Origin: Octopus bimaculoides
Lineage: Eukaryota
Length of the DNA: 56,491 bases
Reading direction: 5' to 3'
NCBI RefSeq assembly: GCF_001194135.2
Contig: NC_069000.1
Coordinates: forward strand, 4,867,269 to 4,923,759
The translations under genes and the position numbers were made by a program. The notes under the pieces are model-generated. The model was given only the letters and a program-made list of their open reading frames with translations, had not been told where the DNA came from and ran no database searches. This document shows positions 50,747-56,491 of the stretch, one piece after another. The first letter of the stretch is position 1, and each line of letters begins with the position of its first letter.

Positions 50747-52599
50747 GAAAATGTGAAACTCCATTGCGTCCGTTTACTCACTGGCCTGGAACTGTATTTA
50801 GCTTGATCGACATCGAATGGATGGAAGAAATGATGACTTCCATGTTTTTTAAACATCGCTCCTAAATAACGTGAAGTTCACTGCAAATGATTCTGACAAG
50901 CCACTGACTTAATAATAACGCAAGCCATATCTTTATGAAAAGAAGTATGGGATGTAGCGAGATACCCACGAATTATATAATATCATGACCTTAAGTCAAA
51001 CACGAAACATATATTTCAACTAAGGGTCGTTAAGCAAACCTTGGATCTATTAACGCCGATTAATTAACTAATACTGCTAAATCTAATAGAGGATTAATTC
51101 CCAAGAAAATTTTAAAGAGCATTCATAACATCGTTTGGAAAGTAACTAACCTTCCATAATGGAATAATATTTACATAACCATCAGTTGATTTCAGAATAT
51201 TAATAAGGTAATTGACGCCAAATTGCAGCAAATCGACATCGTTGAAGTGTATCCTTCTCATTAATGGCTTAAAATGTTCAAATACTTATACTATAGAAGA
51301 TAATGTAATCTGGATTATCGTGCATGATAGAAAATCTCTGATTTATGACAAAGATTATGTCCGCGTAAAAACAATTAGAAACTTTTGTGTATTTGACAGA
51401 AGCATGGAGCATATGAAAATACAATGGTAGGTGTTCTTTGTAAGATCTTTCTACCTTAGAAGAACTAAATATATAACCTTATGCTAATCACGAAACATGT
51501 ATCAACTAAGGGTCGTTAAGAACTAAAGTATATAACTACAATTTATTTTGATCTATGGGTAGATAATACCTGTACAGGTCAATAGTAATGCTTTAGTTAC
51601 TTTGAAATGACGTCATTTACTCAATAGTTGTCAATTTTGAAAACTTCATCCTAAATTCAACTAGAAGTTTACCACGAACATCCCAAAAATCCCATGAAAG
51701 AAATTCACATACATTTATATACCCTAATAGTATTCAGAAATAGCTTTCAGAACATTCAATGAAAGCGTTAGTAGGATATGTAATGCTGCAAATAATGTTA
51801 TATTTAAAAAATAACACCGTATAAGCCGTAGTTGACAACGTATATATATATATAACTCGACTCAGTCGGTCAGGAATGACCATCGGTGTATCTATGATAT
51901 ATATATATATATATGAGCTGGTTTATTAGACACTTTCTCGTTTGATGTAAAGACGAATTTCTCCATGAACATTTTGGTTTTAATCAATAAACAGTTTCCC
52001 ATTAACCACAAATAAAGAAAATACTCAACGAAAATAACTTTAAATACGGTTACAATTGCTCACCTAATACGTATATACTCACACCAATCAGCCTTAGTTA
52101 AAAGCATATAGAAAATATCAATAAGTGTCCATTCGATCAATAATGTAGGCTGAAGTAATTGTATACGAAAGAGAAATCACTACGACCACATCAACACAAA
52201 TATCGAATTGGTACACGAAAATCTATATAGGTATAACTGAAGGTAAACTCAAGAAATAAAACACTCAACTACAGTGGAATTTGATGAAATTATCAAATGA
52301 AATCCAATAACGTAATGAAAATGTGTATGATTAAAATATCATGTCAAATATAATCGATAGATTGAGACCGAAGAAGAAAGGGGGTGAGATATATTCTTTT
52401 TATGGTTGAAATAACCACAGATTTTAAGAGGATTTAGAATACGACAAACAACCTAAAGATATCAGAAATGTATGTTATATAATATACCGGGTCACAAATA
52501 CTCATTCATATCTATTAGGTTTACTCGAAGGTATATATATCTGCACGCGCGTGTTCAAATGCGTATATCGTCTGCTTTGAAACAAGATGTAGACGCAAA

Positions 52600-52837
52600 T
52601 TTTTGTAGGCGTCTTGTGTTTGTTTATTTTGGTAATGTGATCCGTTATCCATGACATAATGCAAAATGATCCTGAAGAATTTATATATTATCGATGGAAT
52701 TACTCCTTTTCGTAAATACATTTAGCAAAAGGAACAATTCCATCTATGATGTATAAGCTCCGCAACAACATTTTCCAATATGTCATTGATATCGCATCAC
52801 ATTTCCAAAATAAACAAATACAAGACGCCTACAAAAA
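52600..52837. repeat. Long fold-back palindrome (111-bp arms, 16-nt loop); MITE-like
   Basis: 52600-52710 vs the reverse complement of 52727-52837 gives 92/111 identity, ungapped. Confidence 0.88.
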
Positions 52838-53782
52838 AAAATAAATAATAATAAATAACACGTGATGGCTTACATGATGCTTTAATTAGACTACAATACG
52901 AATGAAATTACCTGCTGACCTGCACGCGTTAACGGTCAAACATTTTGGCGGTAAATTTGACTACTGCTAAAGATTCCATACAGAAAGGACATGCGCTTAC
53001 TTTTAATGAAACGCGCACAAAAGAAAAAAATGCTCGTGAATATTATATATTAACACACACACACACACACACACACANNNNNNNNNNNNNNNNNNNNNNN
53101 NNNNNNNNNNNNNNNNNNNNNNNNNNNNNNNNNNNNNNNNNNNNNNNNNNNNNNNNNNNNNNNNNNNNNNNNNNNNNNNNNNNNNNNNNNNNNNNNNNNN
53201 NNNNNNNNNNNNNNNNNNNNNNNNNNNNNNNNTATATATATATATATGTTGCATAAATTTTAGGCATCAAAATCAACAACAACATTAGCTGTAGCGCATA
53301 TTTAATCTATTGGTGTAAAATGAACAATGTAATGATATTATGACGAAAACAAGTCGATTCTCAGATGAGATATTATTAAATTCAAATAACTTCCAGGAAA
53401 TTGACTGCAGTTTGTTTTTCTTGTTTCATTTTACTTTTTTATTTTCTTTCCATATTTCTAATCAGTTCCTATTTACGGTGTAGTAAGCAGATCTCTCTCT
53501 ATCTCACACTCATGCTGACAGGCTTCATTTCTCTAGATTTCTTTTCAAAAAATATTTTATTGTAATTTTATGCATATGATTCTTCAAATATTCGTCGTCG
53601 TTTGTAGTTTAATACATCAATAATATTACAGGAGAAAACCAATCTTGACAATCTTGCTAGTTGCCATTCCATTTCCTAGAGTTCTTGTACAAACGTTTTT
53701 CCTACGTTGGAAACTAAATCCTCAACGCTGCAATCGTTTCTTAGCAAATATCTGAATGAATAAACTTTAATCCGTCTACGCA

Positions 53783-53945
53783 GTATTGGCCGTGTGGTAA
53801 GAAGTTTCCTTTCCAATGACACGGTTCCAGGTTCAATTCCACAGCATGGAACCATAGGCAGGTGCCTTCCACTAGGCCTCGGGCCGACATTAGTTTTGTG
53901 AATGGATCTGATAGAAGGAAATCGAAAGAGGCCACCAGTATATGT
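53783..53945 (+). mobile_element. SINE family B 5' half
   Basis: Reads TGGCCGTGTGGTAAGAAGTTTCCTTTCCAATGACACGGTTCCAGGTTCAATTCCACAGC..GGCCTCGGGCCGAC..TTGTGAATGGATCTGATAGAAGGAAA. Confidence 0.75.
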
Positions 53946-53967
53946 GTATAAATGTATATATGCATAC

Positions 53968-54003
<36 letters not shown>

Positions 54004-54989
54004 TGTTTGAGTGTAAAGGACCAATGTGAAATGGAATGTCTAAAATCGAACTCACGATAAATTATTATGAAGACAACACGCAAATCAATAAGATTTGGTT
54101 TGAGAGAAAGAGCTAATACGAGAAAATGAAAAAAAGATAGGGAATGAAAAAATGATTCTGGAATTGTGAGGTACAGAAAAGCACCGAAATTTTAAAGAGA
54201 AATAAATGTAAGAATTTTATTGGGAAAACAAGATGAAATCGAGGAAATTAGAGAAGTTTAACATCAATCAAAAGGAAATTTAAATAATTTTTTGTGGAAT
54301 CACTGATTTGTAGAGCGGTTTGGCACTTGTTAAAGAAGACTGAACGATAGACATAAAAAGTAAAGTAGAGAAAGAGGGTCAGAGACATAAAGACAGGGAA
54401 TTAGGCAAGTAAAGAGGAAGAGTGGAGGGGAGGAGATCTGTAAGAAGAGAAGGCGACTGACATGTTGATGATTCAGTTCTCTCCGACAAAGAGTTCCTGC
54501 TCGAAATGTTAAACTTCTCAAAATAGTTGCTACACAGATTTTATTACAAATTTCAACAATGGTCCGGAATAAACGGTGAGGAAATATGAGAATGTAACAA
54601 GACAATATTAATTCTTGTTTCTATATGTGTATATGTCGCACTTTCTTTTATTCCTACAGTGAACAATGTTTTACAGCTGTGTGTGTGAGTGTATAGATAT
54701 ACATACATACATACATAAATACGTATGCATACGTACACAAATGCACGCATTAAATATATGAATGCATGTATACATGTGTATGTTTATATGTACATCTGTG
54801 GGCATATATGTCTGCCCTGTGTTTCTTGGCAGTAAAAACAAATAAAACAAAAATAAAGAAGGAAAGAAAATATTTAAAAAAATATGTTTTTATTTAATTT
54901 CCGGGCAAAAATGTCATTTCTCTAAAAGTCAATACTGCTACCAGCTAATCTCCTGACACAAATGGAAACTAAAAACCGTAACTCAAACA

Positions 54990-55028
54990 TTATCATCATC
55001 ATCATCATCATCGTCGTCGTTGTTGTTG

Positions 55029-55069
<41 letters not shown>

Positions 55070-55285
55070 GTTATTATTGTTATTATTATTATCGTCATTA
55101 TAAATTTTGCTTATTCTTCTTCTTCATCTTCCTTCTCCTCCTCTCCTTCTCCTTCTTCATTATCATTATCTTCTCTTCCTCTTCTCTTCCTCCTCCTCCT
55201 CCTCCTCCTTCTTCTTCTTCTTCTTCTTTTTCTTCTTCCTCTTCTTCTTCTTCTTATTATTATTATCATTATTTTTATTATTATT
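54990..55285. repeat. Compound array (CAT)n-(TGT)n-(TAT)n-(CTC)n-(TTC)n
   Basis: Directly visible. Confidence 0.92.
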
Positions 55286-56441
55286 TGTTTAACAATTATT
55301 AAGAATATTACTAATACTGATAGCCGTAAGACGAGCAAAAATATCAATAATTTGTAGTTTTTCTTTTTTTAATATTATTGGAATTATCATTATTATTTTT
55401 TTTGTAATATAAATTTCTTGTATTCCTTTGCTTATTTTATTTTTATTTTAGAAGGATGTGTTTTGATACTCTTAAAGTAATATTTATTTTCCCTCTAGAA
55501 AAAAAGTCGGTACGGTGTGGGGAGGAACAAGATATCAGTTAAATATTTCGATAGATGTCGGGGTAGGTGCTTATGTGTGTACTGTCAGCAGAAAGAAGAA
55601 GAACTCTTTACATTGGACGGCATCTTAAGACAGAGTTAAAATATTAATTAGAAAGTGCCTGCAGAAGAAAGTAAAGTGTATTTACGTTTTGTTTGCGGTA
55701 TTCTACGTTTTTTTCCTTTTCTTTTTCGGCTTTAATTTTTGTGTTTCGGTATTTTCGTATTTTCTTCTTGATGCCAAATAATATTGACGCGGGGCCATGA
55801 GTGAGTTAACAGCGTCAAGATTTTGTTTAGAGTTGAATTCTATTAAGAATCTAAATGATTCCATATCAAATGAATTTCCCATGTAGGGAAGAATTGGAAG
55901 AAAAAAAAAGAAACCGGAGAAAACACATACATATAAAGAAAGAAAGATAAAAAAACAAAGAAAAGAGTAAAACAGCCAAGAAACAAAAACTGACACGCAC
56001 TCGTTTATATTCATAACCGTTCCTACTCGAGATAAGACTGCGAATAATATAAGATATTTACAAAGATATTTTCTCATTATTCAAAGTTGCTGCAAGAGTG
56101 TTTGAATTCTCAATGGAATAGAATCACTCAAGAGGCATGTGTGAGATGTCTTTGTCAATGTATGTGTTTAGGTGTGTGTACATATATGCATAGATGTATA
56201 CGTGAAAATATACATTCCTGCACCCTCGCATACTCACATATATACATAGACATACACACATACATATATAAGCAAAAGTAGGTATTTGTAAATATATGTA
56301 TACCTGTACGCATATCTATATCAATATATGTATATTTTTATATATATACAATATCCTTATAGGTTCTGTAGTTCTGTATTGATTTATATTAATTTATTTA
56401 GTCACACACAGACCTACATGCATATATATATATATATGTGA

Positions 56442-56491
<50 letters not shown>

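Noticed and set aside
3697-53232. Regular association of gaps with (TA)n flanks
   Set aside because: This is a technical artefact of short-read assembly failing at long TA tracts, not biology.
92-56281. Most ORFs in the six-frame track (poly-X, YIYIYI, VCVCVC, poly-T/H/K/S/I)
   Set aside because: They are translations of N gaps or di-/tri-/tetranucleotide microsatellites, which lack stops in some frames.

Overview
AT-rich, microsatellite-saturated animal genomic DNA with about 4.4 kb of N gaps, most of them flanked by (TA)n. The SINE and LINE families look like octopus (coleoid cephalopod) repeats; that assignment is my inference from family recognition, not a database result. No host protein-coding gene, rRNA, true tRNA or CRISPR array can be supported, so the window is most likely intronic or intergenic. 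Nearly all ORFs in the supplied track are microsatellite or gap artefacts. The real content is transposon debris: (i) at least 7 fragments of R4/Dong-clade REL-endonuclease LINEs from several divergent lineages, the best preserved ones lying in (TAA)n tracts; (ii) one CR1/L2-like LINE 3' fragment; (iii) the 5' end of a Tc1/mariner transposon; (iv) about 20 copies of three tRNA-like SINE families (my labels A, B, C); (v) several long fold-back inverted repeats. The most interesting signal is a minimal type-I hammerhead ribozyme motif at 6306-6348 with a U3-A8 core variant. It sits inside a doubly inverted, Penelope-like repeat structure (6028-6519). A few isolated exon-like segments are flagged at low confidence.
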